Source of the DNA: Candidatus Cloacimonadales bacterium | GTDB taxonomy: Bacteria > Cloacimonadota > Cloacimonadia > Cloacimonadales > JAFGVF01 | Assembly: GCA_963663475.2 (NCBI GenBank) | Contig: CAXXJV010000001.1 | Location: 2,784,001 to 2,848,000 of the forward strand | Direction of reading: 5' to 3' | DNA length: 64,000 bases | The notes under the pieces: model-generated | What the model saw: the letters and a program-made list of their open reading frames with translations, nothing else | The model's database searches: none | What the model was told of the DNA's origin: nothing | In this document: positions 12,498 through 22,148 of the stretch, piece by piece | Layout of the letters: every line of letters starts with the position of its first letter | Numbering within the stretch: position 1 is the stretch's first letter | Translations under genes and position numbers: made by a program

Positions 12498-13094
12498 CTA
12501 TGCAAGCCAACCTTTAAAGGTATCAGCTAAGAATTGCAATCTACCGATGAGAAGTGAGATACGGGCCATAACAGTATAACCGAATGAAGCACCGAAACCA
12601 ATCATCATATACCAGATTCCAATTCGAGAGAATTTTCCATAAGCACCAGTATGGGCTTTGGAGAAGAAGAAGTAGAACAATACAGTAATGGTTCCTAAGA
12701 AGATCAAGAAGATATTGAAATTCTCAATAGGAATCATAGCTTGTCTAACTTGCACAAGCACCATAGAGTTCATACTCATAGTAACACCAGCACCGACCAT
12801 ACCCATTGAAATAGCGATAGGGTATCTAGTTAACCAGCCGTAATTTCTGGAGAATCTGAACCAATATAATACACCAAAAAGAACAGGTATAATAAATATA
12901 TATTTATGTTCTACAAAGATTCTTTGTAAGACAAATGGTTCAAAAGCATTTTTATATACAAGTGGTAGTGCATATCCTAAGGAAACACCTACAAGTAAAT
13001 ATTCAGCAAATCTGTATGCAGGATTATCTTTATACAGAAAGGAAAATATTGATAAGGTCAAAAGAACTGCAACTATTTCGCCTAATAATGTCAT
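12498..13094 (-). CDS. Uncharacterised polytopic membrane protein (operon gene 4)
   Basis: 198 aa with about 5-6 hydrophobic segments; SFLYKDNP and GFGASFG..MARISLLIGR; GGAGG RBS. Confidence 0.8.
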   Translation of the reverse strand: MTLLGEIVAVLLTLSIFSFLYKDNPAYRFAEYLLVGVSLGYALPLVYKNAFEPFVLQRIFVEHKYIFIIPVLFGVLYWFRFSRNYGWLTRYPIAISMGMVGAGVTMSMNSMVLVQVRQAMIPIENFNIFLIFLGTITVLFYFFFSKAHTGAYGKFSRIGIWYMMIGFGASFGYTVMARISLLIGRLQFLADTFKGWLA

Positions 13095-13102
13095 GTTTCC
13101 TC

Positions 13103-14131
13103 CTATAAGTTTTTATTTTGATTTCTTTTTTCCAAGAAGTAACCAATGTTACCAAGGATAATGAAAACAATAATTAGAATGTGTGCAACAGATTGAGCAT
13201 TCATACCAAGACGAGCCATTTTGAATGAAGTAGGCACTCTATCAGTTGTGATATCAAGGTTTGCTAACATTTCTTCAGTTGGGTTATCTAATTGGCCCTT
13301 AGAGAAGGTAATATTGTTCATAGCAAACATATCAACAAGTTTTTCGTATTCAGCAGCACCTTTAAGACCAGCTGTCATACCAACACATTGTCCTGATTGA
13401 ATATAAGGATATTGGTCAGCAGCCATAACAGCAGTTAAACCAACACCAACATTAACACCAAAACGAGGTCTAGCATAAATCATCCAAGAAAGGCCTTGGT
13501 CATTACCTGAAGTTTCATAAACTAGGTTCATTTGGGTGTAGTTTCTAATTGCAGTATCTCTGTACATTGGAAGGTTTTCAATTCTATTACCATCTGAATC
13601 AGTTTCCACCGCAGCAGCAATATCATCACCCATACCAAGGAGGATAGGAAGATAAAGAGCAGCAGGTTTATAACCAATATTGATATAATCCTTACCTCTT
13701 TCAATGACCCTACCAGTCTTTTCAATTTCTTCAGTAACTACTGAGAGAGCTTCTTCAATAAGAGGCACAGCAGTTGCCAAGATAGTGAAGGTATAGAAAG
13801 GTACTCTTCTATAAATACAGTGTCTCATAACAGCAACTTCCATTGGGAAAAGTTCTGGCATGGTTGCAGCATCATGATAAACATCGATAAAGATAGCTCT
13901 ATCTAATTTAAAAGCATCAACTTCTTCATCAGAGATGATACCATCATTATTAAGGTCATCAGCCCTCACGTAAGGAGAGTAAGAGTCAATGATTTGATAT
14001 AGACTCTCCACAGGAGAAGTTGTATAAGTAACAGATTTAAACGGGAAAGCAAGTGGTATAATGATAGCAACAGCTATAAATACAAACACATATCTTCTGT
14101 CTAAGCCTTGTAAGTTTTTAATAAAATTCAT
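13103..14131 (-). CDS. Uncharacterised membrane protein with two terminal TM helices (operon gene 3)
   Basis: N- and C-terminal TMs flank a soluble domain; GLKGAAEYE; EF-hand-like DLNNDGIISDEE; GGAGG RBS. Confidence 0.8.
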   Translation of the reverse strand: MNFIKNLQGLDRRYVFVFIAVAIIIPLAFPFKSVTYTTSPVESLYQIIDSYSPYVRADDLNNDGIISDEEVDAFKLDRAIFIDVYHDAATMPELFPMEVAVMRHCIYRRVPFYTFTILATAVPLIEEALSVVTEEIEKTGRVIERGKDYINIGYKPAALYLPILLGMGDDIAAAVETDSDGNRIENLPMYRDTAIRNYTQMNLVYETSGNDQGLSWMIYARPRFGVNVGVGLTAVMAADQYPYIQSGQCVGMTAGLKGAAEYEKLVDMFAMNNITFSKGQLDNPTEEMLANLDITTDRVPTSFKMARLGMNAQSVAHILIIVFIILGNIGYFLEKRNQNKNL

Positions 14132-14142
14132 ATTTCCTCCTA

Positions 14143-14781
14143 TTAATCTCCACCACCGAGGTAGGTTCTTTCGATACCTAACAAGATTTTAAGTGATGTT
14201 GCCACAGAGCCAAGACCAACACCTAGTAAAATACCTCTTTTAGAAGCAAGGTTTGGTACATCCATAATCCATTGAGAAATATCTAAAATATTGATTGGCC
14301 AGCTTTTTGAAATAGTCATACCAAGTGGAACTTGACCTAACATAACAATAATAGCAGCAATCAAAAGCACAGTAGCTTCGATAGATCTAGCACGGAATGA
14401 TTTATAGGCAGCAGTAGCCATGTAGAATGCCAAAAGTGAGAACATAGTAGAACTCATAGGCATCATTAAGTTTCTGAAAATCCATTGAGAAGGAGTTCCT
14501 GATTGGGTTCCCCAGATAAAACCAACTGTTGAAGTAACAACAAGACCACTTAGGGTTATAATTGAGTATCCCCATTTAGGAGCTTTCATTCTAATTTTAT
14601 TATAGTGAACACTTACTAAACTGTAGACCCCAAGAAAAACAGCCAGAGGTGACATAGTTTTAACAAATTCTTGGTAAGCCATATATACATCATCTTGCAT
14701 CCATTTAGCAGGAATAAAAGTCCATCCTACAAAAAGGAAACCAAGCATCATTACTATTGCTATAGGTATATTTTTTTTCAT
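14143..14781 (-). CDS. Uncharacterised polytopic membrane protein (operon gene 2)
   Basis: 212 aa with about 5-6 TMs; TMFSLLAFY..AAYKSFRARS.EA and RGILLG.GLG..ATSLK.LLG.ER; GGAG RBS. Confidence 0.8.
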   Translation of the reverse strand: MKKNIPIAIVMMLGFLFVGWTFIPAKWMQDDVYMAYQEFVKTMSPLAVFLGVYSLVSVHYNKIRMKAPKWGYSIITLSGLVVTSTVGFIWGTQSGTPSQWIFRNLMMPMSSTMFSLLAFYMATAAYKSFRARSIEATVLLIAAIIVMLGQVPLGMTISKSWPINILDISQWIMDVPNLASKRGILLGVGLGSVATSLKILLGIERTYLGGGD

Positions 14782-14789
14782 TGTAACTC

Positions 14790-17639
14790 CTATTTATCTG
14801 GGAATATATCAAGTAAGAATGTAATTTTCGAAGTGGAAAGAACAGTTCCCACGATAATGAAAAAGAGAACAAGGAACTTAAAGTAGTCTTGTGCTTTCAA
14901 AGTTCCGAGAATCATTGGTTCTTTAGACATATAAGCTGAAGCAGCATAAAGCTCTTCACCAATAAGTGTGTAGTCACAAGTAGTGATAAAGAAAGGAATC
15001 TGGGTAACAGAGTCTGTACCAGCAATCTGGATAGCACCAGTAATGTTACCAGTTTCAGTCATAAGAAGTGATTCAGCGAAATATGAGCCCATGTAGAAGT
15101 TAGTAGCAGTTTTTTCACGAATCATGATTCCGTTAACACCAGCAACATAAGCAAATTGGTCAGTTGTTACGAAGAAAACTGAGTTTTTGTCATAAGTATC
15201 TGGTCTTCCTGCTTCAATATGAGATTCTTTAACAATCTCTTGAGCAATAGGCATTAAGATATAGTCACGTGTAGGAACAAGAATTCTTGTATCGTATTCA
15301 GCAGCCTTCTTAGCAACTTTACCTAGAATAGAAAGTGCAGCAAGGGTAGCAACAACACCAATTGAAGACATACCAGGTACGAAAAGAATAGGTCTTCCCA
15401 TCTCAGTAGCACGACCAATAGCATTATCGATTTCTTGGATACCAGCGATAGGTCTGATATATAATTCTCTACCTTTTTTAGCTAGGTTAACCATTACAGC
15501 AACTAAGATAGCAAAGATAATAGAAGCAATCAAACCAGCCCATTTTTCATGGTCAAATTGGTTTGAAATAGGTGTAAAGTATTTGTAAGTACCGTCTTCA
15601 TTCTTAGGAAGTTCATAAGAAGCAAAGAGGCCTTTATTGTTAGTAGAAAATACTTTATAAGAACGTTGTCTGAGGCTATTATCTCTGTGGTCTTTTACAA
15701 TAGAAATCCATTTTGAAGTAGAGATATTACCATCTAACTTAGCATTTAAATCATTTAAGGATGTAATATAATTTGCTAAGAGAGCTTTATATTGAGCATC
15801 TTCTTCAAGAGTCATTTCTTCATTAACAGCTTCAATTTCAGCTGCAAGAAGTTCTTTAGCCTTTTCAGGGAATCTATCAAGTGTTAAGGATTTTTCTACA
15901 TCAGAATTATACCAAACTTGGATACCTGAATTAACAAGAACTTTACCAGATTCAGAATCAAAAGCAACTACTGGTTCATAAAGAGATCTTTCATAAGATA
16001 TAACATCACTATAGTTATTCATTTTTCCAACAACTTTAGGAGCTATTGTATTATAGATAGGTGAACCACTCTTAGCATAGACTTCATAGTTGAAAGTATT
16101 TAATTTAATTCCGTCTTTTTCAAGTGCTTGCGGAATTAATGCTTTTAAAATAGAATCAAATTTTAGTTCTTGAGTAAATGTATAAGGTTCAGATTCTTTA
16201 TTTTTAGTTCTTACAGTAATATTAGCAATGATGGTTTCATTTGCATAGCCTTCAGGTAATTCAGCTTTAATAATATTGTTTAAGTAGAACTCTTTTTCAG
16301 TAAAGAATGCTTGATCCTGTCCTTTAACTGTAAGTTGAAGATCAAAATCTTTCAATCTTTCAGACTCATTATCAAAGAAGTCATAGTTAACAATAAGTTT
16401 GTTACCTAATTTGTTATCAAATGAAGTTTTAGTAATTTCAACTGTTGGTTTTTCCCAAACTACAACTTGAGTATCACCTTTATCATTTGGTAGATCATAA
16501 ACATTAAAAGTAGGAGTTCTAGGAGTATCTTTTACATCTTGAGTAAAAATGCTTTGATATTTTTCCATTTTGTTATCATTTAAGAAGATAAAGCCACCAG
16601 CATCTGCTTGGATAGCTACTGAGTATCTGTTAAGATTGTTAATATCAAGAGGGAATTTTTGATCTGCATCCATTATATAAGTTTGACCAGCTTCCATATT
16701 AATCTTAATAGATTTTTTTGCATAAACGTTTGTTTGTTGATCAATTGGAATTATAAATGGTTGGCTAGCTTCATAAGGCATTTCTTCACTAGCTTGGAAG
16801 TAGTTTTTAGCTGTTTCATAGTCTTCGTCAAAAATATAGATTGCTTGTTGACTTGCATATGAACCTGCTTTATCTTCCCAATCAAAGTTAAGGCTAATAG
16901 CCTGATTACCATCTACAATTAAGGATGCATAAAGTTCTGTTGCAGGGGCTAATAATGGATCTTGAACAGGACTTCCACTAATTACTTCTGATGGTTTTAA
17001 ATAACGTCTGTTTTCATTAATTGGAACAACGCTATAATAATAAGTTTCACCAGCTTTTATACTAGCTAAAACACTTACATTACCCACAGGATAACCAGCT
17101 AAAGTTTGTTCATTATATTCAACTTTATCGAATCTCTTGTAATAAGAGCTTTTCTCAATTTGAGCTATAAAGTTAAATTTTCCATTAGTTTGTTCTAAGA
17201 CTTTTAAATCTCTTGGGTAACCATTATTAACAGTACCAAAGTAGAAAGTCTCATCGTTAAGTGCTTCTACCTTATCGTCAAGTTTGATTCCACCAGGGGA
17301 AGCTTTATCAACAAAAGGTTTATAACCACTATCAAGGTAAGTAATTTCATCGCCTGCAAATCCTACAACAGGATTTAACACAACGCTGCCTAAATAGAAT
17401 AAAGAATCAGGTGTAGTACCACGATAGACTCTATATTCCAAAATTTTTAGTTCATTTGGTAAAGGCTTCCATTTGAGGGTAAGCCCATTACCTAAATCGC
17501 CAGCTACGTCTTCGATAACAAAGTCTTCAATTTCAGCGTTTTCTGCTGTAATTTTATCAGCAAAAAGGCCAAAAGAAAAACTTAATGCTACCAAGCATAG
17601 TATTACTGACAACCATGACTTGTTACGGTTTTTGTGCAT
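14790..17639 (-). CDS. Large membrane protein: signal peptide, FN3-like extracytoplasmic region, C-terminal DUF6754-like domain (operon gene 1)
   Basis: Two D-x-x-D-x-G..W FN3-like starts, YYYSV, a TM, then IRPIAG..EID.AIGRATEMGRP...LIGEELYAASAY and a final TM; AGGAG RBS. The DUF6754 label is from recall. Confidence 0.75.
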   Translation of the reverse strand: MHKNRNKSWLSVILCLVALSFSFGLFADKITAENAEIEDFVIEDVAGDLGNGLTLKWKPLPNELKILEYRVYRGTTPDSLFYLGSVVLNPVVGFAGDEITYLDSGYKPFVDKASPGGIKLDDKVEALNDETFYFGTVNNGYPRDLKVLEQTNGKFNFIAQIEKSSYYKRFDKVEYNEQTLAGYPVGNVSVLASIKAGETYYYSVVPINENRRYLKPSEVISGSPVQDPLLAPATELYASLIVDGNQAISLNFDWEDKAGSYASQQAIYIFDEDYETAKNYFQASEEMPYEASQPFIIPIDQQTNVYAKKSIKINMEAGQTYIMDADQKFPLDINNLNRYSVAIQADAGGFIFLNDNKMEKYQSIFTQDVKDTPRTPTFNVYDLPNDKGDTQVVVWEKPTVEITKTSFDNKLGNKLIVNYDFFDNESERLKDFDLQLTVKGQDQAFFTEKEFYLNNIIKAELPEGYANETIIANITVRTKNKESEPYTFTQELKFDSILKALIPQALEKDGIKLNTFNYEVYAKSGSPIYNTIAPKVVGKMNNYSDVISYERSLYEPVVAFDSESGKVLVNSGIQVWYNSDVEKSLTLDRFPEKAKELLAAEIEAVNEEMTLEEDAQYKALLANYITSLNDLNAKLDGNISTSKWISIVKDHRDNSLRQRSYKVFSTNNKGLFASYELPKNEDGTYKYFTPISNQFDHEKWAGLIASIIFAILVAVMVNLAKKGRELYIRPIAGIQEIDNAIGRATEMGRPILFVPGMSSIGVVATLAALSILGKVAKKAAEYDTRILVPTRDYILMPIAQEIVKESHIEAGRPDTYDKNSVFFVTTDQFAYVAGVNGIMIREKTATNFYMGSYFAESLLMTETGNITGAIQIAGTDSVTQIPFFITTCDYTLIGEELYAASAYMSKEPMILGTLKAQDYFKFLVLFFIIVGTVLSTSKITFLLDIFPDK

Positions 17640-17680
17640 AGATTTCTCCTTATCATTATAAATAAGCTTTATATTAACTA

Positions 17681-17781
17681 ATTTAACAGGAAATTAATTT
17701 TCTGTTAAATCTTAATTAATAACTTAGATTAAGTAAAAACTAACAATTATAACAAATTGAGTAATAGTCACAATTTGTCAA
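17681..17781 (-). promoter_or_regulatory. Promoter and 30-bp palindrome upstream of the membrane operon
   Basis: Extended -10 TGTTATAAT on the minus strand at 17746-17754, TTGACA at 17776-17781, and a one-mismatch palindrome at 17681-17710. Confidence 0.55.
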
Positions 17782-17957
17782 ACACTTTTTTATGTATTTT
17801 GCCATACCCTGGGTTTAATATCCTTCCTAATTTCTTCTTATTTATTAGTTATCAGTAACTAAGACACTTGTTGTGTAATTTTACATAGATATTCTGCTAG
17901 TAACTAATAGAAGGATAAGCTTATTTACCCAGGCTAAAAGTTCAGTCAATCATTAAG

Positions 17958-18113
17958 CTAAACAGTGGAGTAGGCTTTGTGAATAGCTCAATATTCTTCT
18001 GCAAAAGTAAGCTAGATAATTTCCATGAATATATATTATATGCGTCAGAATTCTGCAAGCTATTTTGCTAAAAGAATTTGCACTCTTCTCTAAAGCTCTA
18101 TTGCACCATTGGG
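17958..18113 (-). mobile_element. Fold-back MITE-like element, family A copy 1
   Basis: Reverse complement aligns end to end with 61935-62096; flanks TTAAG/TTAAA. Confidence 0.8.
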
Positions 18114-18303
18114 TTAAATCCTACTGCACCACTTAGGGATAATTTTTAGGGTGGATTATTAATGTGATTATCGCTAAGTTTAAAAAAAATAATGGACATA
18201 TTTAGTCTCCTTAAAATAATAAGCAGACTAATAAAAGAGTCCATTAAACCCAAATAGTGCGTTAGAATTTTAGGGATAATAAATTTTGGACTAAAGGAAA
18301 ATT

Positions 18304-19041
18304 ATGAGTAATTCATGTTTGTATGTAGTTGCAACCCATATAGGTAATTGGGATGATATAACTTTAAGAGCCTTAAAGACTCTCAAAGAGGTTGATTTCG
18401 TTGTTTGTGAAGAAAGAAAATCAGGATCACGCTTGTTACGTCATTATGATATTAAGCAAGAAATCATGATGCTTAATGAACATAGTAATAAAGAAGATGA
18501 AGATGAAATCTTTAACAAGATATTTTTAGAAGGGAAAAGAGTAGCCCTGATTTCAGATGCAGGAACTCCTCTCTTTGCTGACCCAGGTAACAGACTAGTT
18601 CATAGGTGTAATGATAATGGTATCCCTGTACATCCTATTCCTGGTCCTTCTTCACTAATGGCTATGTTAATGATAAGTGGATTAAAATTAAATTCTTTCC
18701 AATATTGTGGTTTTCTTCCTGCTAATCGTGAAGAAAGAGGAAATGCTTTAAGAAGATATCAGAAACTTACCAATTTAGATTTAATATTTTTAGAAGCTCC
18801 TTACAGATTAAAGCAAGTATTAAGAGATATGGAAATTGTTCTTGGAGGTAATCGTAAGATAATGTTAGGTTATAAACTTACTCAACCTGAAGAACGTTTT
18901 TTAGAAGGAACAATCAAAGAAATGAGAATCATGACTTCTGAACTTCCTAAAGGTGAATTTGTGATTATCTTACCTTCAGATAAAGAGAGATATTATCACA
19001 AGAGTGACAAACGTAATCGTGATTCTGATTATGAGATATGA
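18304..19041 (+). CDS. rsmI: 16S rRNA (cytidine1402-2'-O)-methyltransferase
   Basis: LYVVAT.IGN..DITLRAL, ALISDAGTP..DPG, PIPGPS, EAPYR and KGEFV motifs. Confidence 0.93.
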   Translation: MSNSCLYVVATHIGNWDDITLRALKTLKEVDFVVCEERKSGSRLLRHYDIKQEIMMLNEHSNKEDEDEIFNKIFLEGKRVALISDAGTPLFADPGNRLVHRCNDNGIPVHPIPGPSSLMAMLMISGLKLNSFQYCGFLPANREERGNALRRYQKLTNLDLIFLEAPYRLKQVLRDMEIVLGGNRKIMLGYKLTQPEERFLEGTIKEMRIMTSELPKGEFVIILPSDKERYYHKSDKRNRDSDYEI

Positions 19042-19817
19042 AGCAAATAGATATTGATTATAAAATCCATATCAAACAAGAGTTTAAGCAAACTCAAATC
19101 TTTATGCATGATTTACACTATAAAAAGGAATACTCAGGCCAAATAGATGCCTTAATTAATGCTGAATGGGATGAAGTTACCCGAAACAAAGATGTCTTTA
19201 TTTTTAATGGACCTGTAAGCTGTCTCGATCATTACGAGCTAAGAGGCAGGGACCTGCATATCTATTATTGTGAGAGTGATTATAAATCATATTATGGAAC
19301 AAACATAAAAAATAGTAAGAATCTCAAGGATAAATCTGATTTAGCTAACACTTTAGCTGTATGTACGGTTGTTGAAACTAGTGATAATATGCTTATTGTA
19401 GGTAAAAGAGGCAGCCAATTAGCAGAAGGTACTTGTCTCTGGCATGTTCCAGGAGGGACTCTCGAATACTATTCAAATAAAGAGAATGGTCCTTTTGAAG
19501 TCATGCGAAAAGAACTAGCTGAAGAGTTAAACCTAACCTGTATAAGAAATATGGTCTGTTTAGGATTTGGAGAAAATCTGAATTTCCAAAAACCTGAATT
19601 TTTATTATATACTCAAACAGATCTGACTTCTTCTGAGATAAAAGAGAAACTTCACCTAGCCCCAGATTTTAATGAACATTCAGAAATATCCTTTATTCCT
19701 AGTAACCTGATTGAAAAGTTTTTAGAAGAAAATGACTTTACTGAAATCGGAACTGCAGCAATTCGATTATATCTTGAAAAGGTTGGAATTATCCAAAATA
19801 ATACAGTAGAACTTTGA
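19038..19817 (+). CDS. NUDIX-family hydrolase (NUDT22-like)
   Basis: WHVPGG...MRKELAEELNL Nudix-like box; ATGA overlap with rsmI. Confidence 0.7.
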   Translation: MKQIDIDYKIHIKQEFKQTQIFMHDLHYKKEYSGQIDALINAEWDEVTRNKDVFIFNGPVSCLDHYELRGRDLHIYYCESDYKSYYGTNIKNSKNLKDKSDLANTLAVCTVVETSDNMLIVGKRGSQLAEGTCLWHVPGGTLEYYSNKENGPFEVMRKELAEELNLTCIRNMVCLGFGENLNFQKPEFLLYTQTDLTSSEIKEKLHLAPDFNEHSEISFIPSNLIEKFLEENDFTEIGTAAIRLYLEKVGIIQNNTVEL

Positions 19818-19859
19818 GAATATGCACTCTTCTCTAAAGCCCAACTGCACCATTATCGG
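19792..19859 (-). mobile_element. MITE family A copy 2 (internally deleted), overlapping the NUDIX 3' end
   Basis: Both arms are present (..AATAATACAGTAGAACTTTGAGAATA/TGCACTCTTCTCTAAAGC..CTGCACCATT), with AATTA on both flanks. Confidence 0.7.
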
Positions 19860-19865
19860 AATTAA

Positions 19866-19899
19866 GATTGATGAGTGATGATTGATGAGTGATGATTGA
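19866..19899 (+). repeat. 14-bp tandem repeat (GATTGATGAGTGAT x2.4)
   Basis: Read directly; it ends in the TTGACA upstream of tex. Confidence 0.85.
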
Positions 19900-19936
19900 C
19901 AATGTTAATCAAGAAAAAAAATAATAAGAGAATAAG

Positions 19937-22063
19937 ATGTATAAGAAAATAGCAGAGATAACGAAGTTAACAGAAAAACAAGTTGAAAGGGTTCTTGCTT
20001 TAACTAGTGAAGGTTATACCATACCTTTTATTGCAAGATACCGTAAAGAAGAAACTAATTATTTAAATGAAATAAATATTAAGCAAATCTTAGATGAGTA
20101 TGATAAGCTTGTAAAATTAAATACTAGAAGGGAAGAAATTATTGCTACCCTTACTGAAAGAGAGCAACTTACAGCTAAACTTAAGATTCTCTTAGATCAA
20201 GCAGACAAAATATCTCTTTTAGAAGAAATTTATAAACCTTACAAGAAAAAGCATAAAACAAAAGCCATGCTAGCTAGAGAAAATGGACTAGAAGAGGTTG
20301 CTGAGAATCTAAGATATTTCAAGGAAAAGCGAAGTAGTGACTTCCATAAATTTATTGGAAAGAATTATCATGATCAGTCTGAAGTAATTGCAGCTGCCCT
20401 CCATATAGTTATTGATGACATTGCCAATAATCAATATTTGAGACAGGCTTTAAAAGACCTATTCCAACAAAAAGCCTATATTCTTGTAGAAAAGGCTAAA
20501 GGTCAAGATCTAGACCCTGAGCAAGTATATCGGAACTACTATGACTTCAAAAAAGCACTTAGATATTTAGAATCTTTCCAAATACTAGCCATTAATAGAG
20601 GAGTCAAAGAAAAGATCCTTACTAGTAATATTGACATTGACCATGACATACATTATAAAATTGAGAGAATACTCAGAATTAAGCCAAATTTAGCTTATTA
20701 TGATGAGCTCATCCAAGCTATAAAAAAAGCTTATTCAGCAAGTATAAAGCCTTCTCTAGTCCGCGAGCTTATGAATGATTTAACCGATAATGCTGAAAGA
20801 CGTTCCTTAGAAGTCTTTGCTAATAATCTCAGGGCCTTGCTATTAAAAAGACCTTTTAGAGCAAGAGCTGTTTTAGGAATAGATCCTGGCTTTAGAACAG
20901 GCTGTAAAGTTGCAGTAGTAGATCAGTTTGGCAACTACCAAGAATCTTCTGTAATCTATCCAGTAGCTCCTTATAACAAAATTAAAGAAACAGAGGCTAT
21001 TGTAGTAGACTTATATAAAAAGTATAATTTTGATGTAATAGCAATTGGTGATGGAACAGCATCCTATGAGGCATCTTTAGTAGTATCAGATATAATAAAA
21101 AAAAATAATCTTAATACAAAATTCACGATTATTTCCGAATCTGGAGCATCAGTATATTCTGCTTCAGAAATTGCTCAAGATGAGTTTCCTCATTTAGATT
21201 TAACTATTAGGTCAGCTATTTCAATTGCCAGAAGGGTATTATCCTTCCTAGATGAAATGATTAAAATACCTCCTGAATCGATTGGGGTAGGAATGTATCA
21301 ACATGATATCAATTCAAAAAAACTTAAAGAAGCTTTAGATTTTGAAGTTACTTCCATTGTTCACCATGTAGGAGTTGATTTGAATAATTCTTCTCCCTAT
21401 CTACTTAAATTTGTCTCAGGTATTAGTCCTTCTGTAGCCAAGAATATCGTGTCTTACAGAAAAGAATCTGGAGCTTTTGCTTGTCGAAAAGACTTAATGA
21501 AAGTAAAGGGATTTGGACCTAAAGCTTTTGAATTAGCCTCTGGTTTCTGCAGAGTAACAAAGGCTATTAATCCACTAGATAATACCATTATTCACCCAGA
21601 TGATTATCCTAAAGTTGTTAAAATTCTCTCCTCAATGGGTTTTAAACAAAGACTTTCTTCCTTAACTTATGCTGATTTAAGAAGATTATTTTCTAGTCTT
21701 CCCAAACAAAAAATTATTTGCCCAGATCTTTCTCAGCATGATATTAATTTTATCTATTCAGCTATTGTGGAAAGGGATATTGATCCTAGGCAATCCCTTC
21801 CTAGTGTTAAGCTTTCAGATAAAGTCCCTAGTATAGAAGATTTTGTTGTTGGTTCTAGCTGGCAAGGAGAAGTTAAAAATGCAACAGACTTTGGACTTTT
21901 TGTTAGTTTAGGAGGCAAAACAGATGGACTTGTTCATGTTTCCAATTTTGCTTCTAAAAAAGAGATGTTTGAAAATTATCCTCCAGGCAAACTTATCAAT
22001 GTTAGGGTAAAATCTCTAGATATTGAGCGGAATAGAATTCAATTAGAAGTTTCCAAGCTATAG
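19937..22063 (+). CDS. tex: Tex/YhgF transcription accessory protein
   Basis: TIPFIARYRKE, GIDPGFRTGCK, ESGASVYSAS, IGVGMYQHD, HhH and a C-terminal S1 domain. Confidence 0.95.
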   Translation: MYKKIAEITKLTEKQVERVLALTSEGYTIPFIARYRKEETNYLNEINIKQILDEYDKLVKLNTRREEIIATLTEREQLTAKLKILLDQADKISLLEEIYKPYKKKHKTKAMLARENGLEEVAENLRYFKEKRSSDFHKFIGKNYHDQSEVIAAALHIVIDDIANNQYLRQALKDLFQQKAYILVEKAKGQDLDPEQVYRNYYDFKKALRYLESFQILAINRGVKEKILTSNIDIDHDIHYKIERILRIKPNLAYYDELIQAIKKAYSASIKPSLVRELMNDLTDNAERRSLEVFANNLRALLLKRPFRARAVLGIDPGFRTGCKVAVVDQFGNYQESSVIYPVAPYNKIKETEAIVVDLYKKYNFDVIAIGDGTASYEASLVVSDIIKKNNLNTKFTIISESGASVYSASEIAQDEFPHLDLTIRSAISIARRVLSFLDEMIKIPPESIGVGMYQHDINSKKLKEALDFEVTSIVHHVGVDLNNSSPYLLKFVSGISPSVAKNIVSYRKESGAFACRKDLMKVKGFGPKAFELASGFCRVTKAINPLDNTIIHPDDYPKVVKILSSMGFKQRLSSLTYADLRRLFSSLPKQKIICPDLSQHDINFIYSAIVERDIDPRQSLPSVKLSDKVPSIEDFVVGSSWQGEVKNATDFGLFVSLGGKTDGLVHVSNFASKKEMFENYPPGKLINVRVKSLDIERNRIQLEVSKL

Positions 22064-22097
22064 AAAGTTAAGTCTTATTAAATTTACTTATATAAAC

Positions 22098-22126
22098 AAA
22101 AAGACCCCAGTAAAAGGGGTCTTTTT
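22098..22126. terminator. Bidirectional intrinsic terminator between convergent genes
   Basis: AAAAAGACCCC-agtaaaa-GGGGTCTTTTT. Confidence 0.85.
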
Positions 22127-22148
22127 CCAACCAAAAAAGGAGTTTTAT

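Noticed and set aside
18018-18056. dif-like appearance of the family A core (GACGCATATAA TATATA TTCATGGAAAT on the minus strand)
   Set aside because: Only a partial match to XerC/XerD arms in AT-rich DNA, and not maintained across copies.
19866-19899. Tandem repeat as a CRISPR remnant
   Set aside because: The 14-bp units have no spacers, and there are no cas genes in the window.
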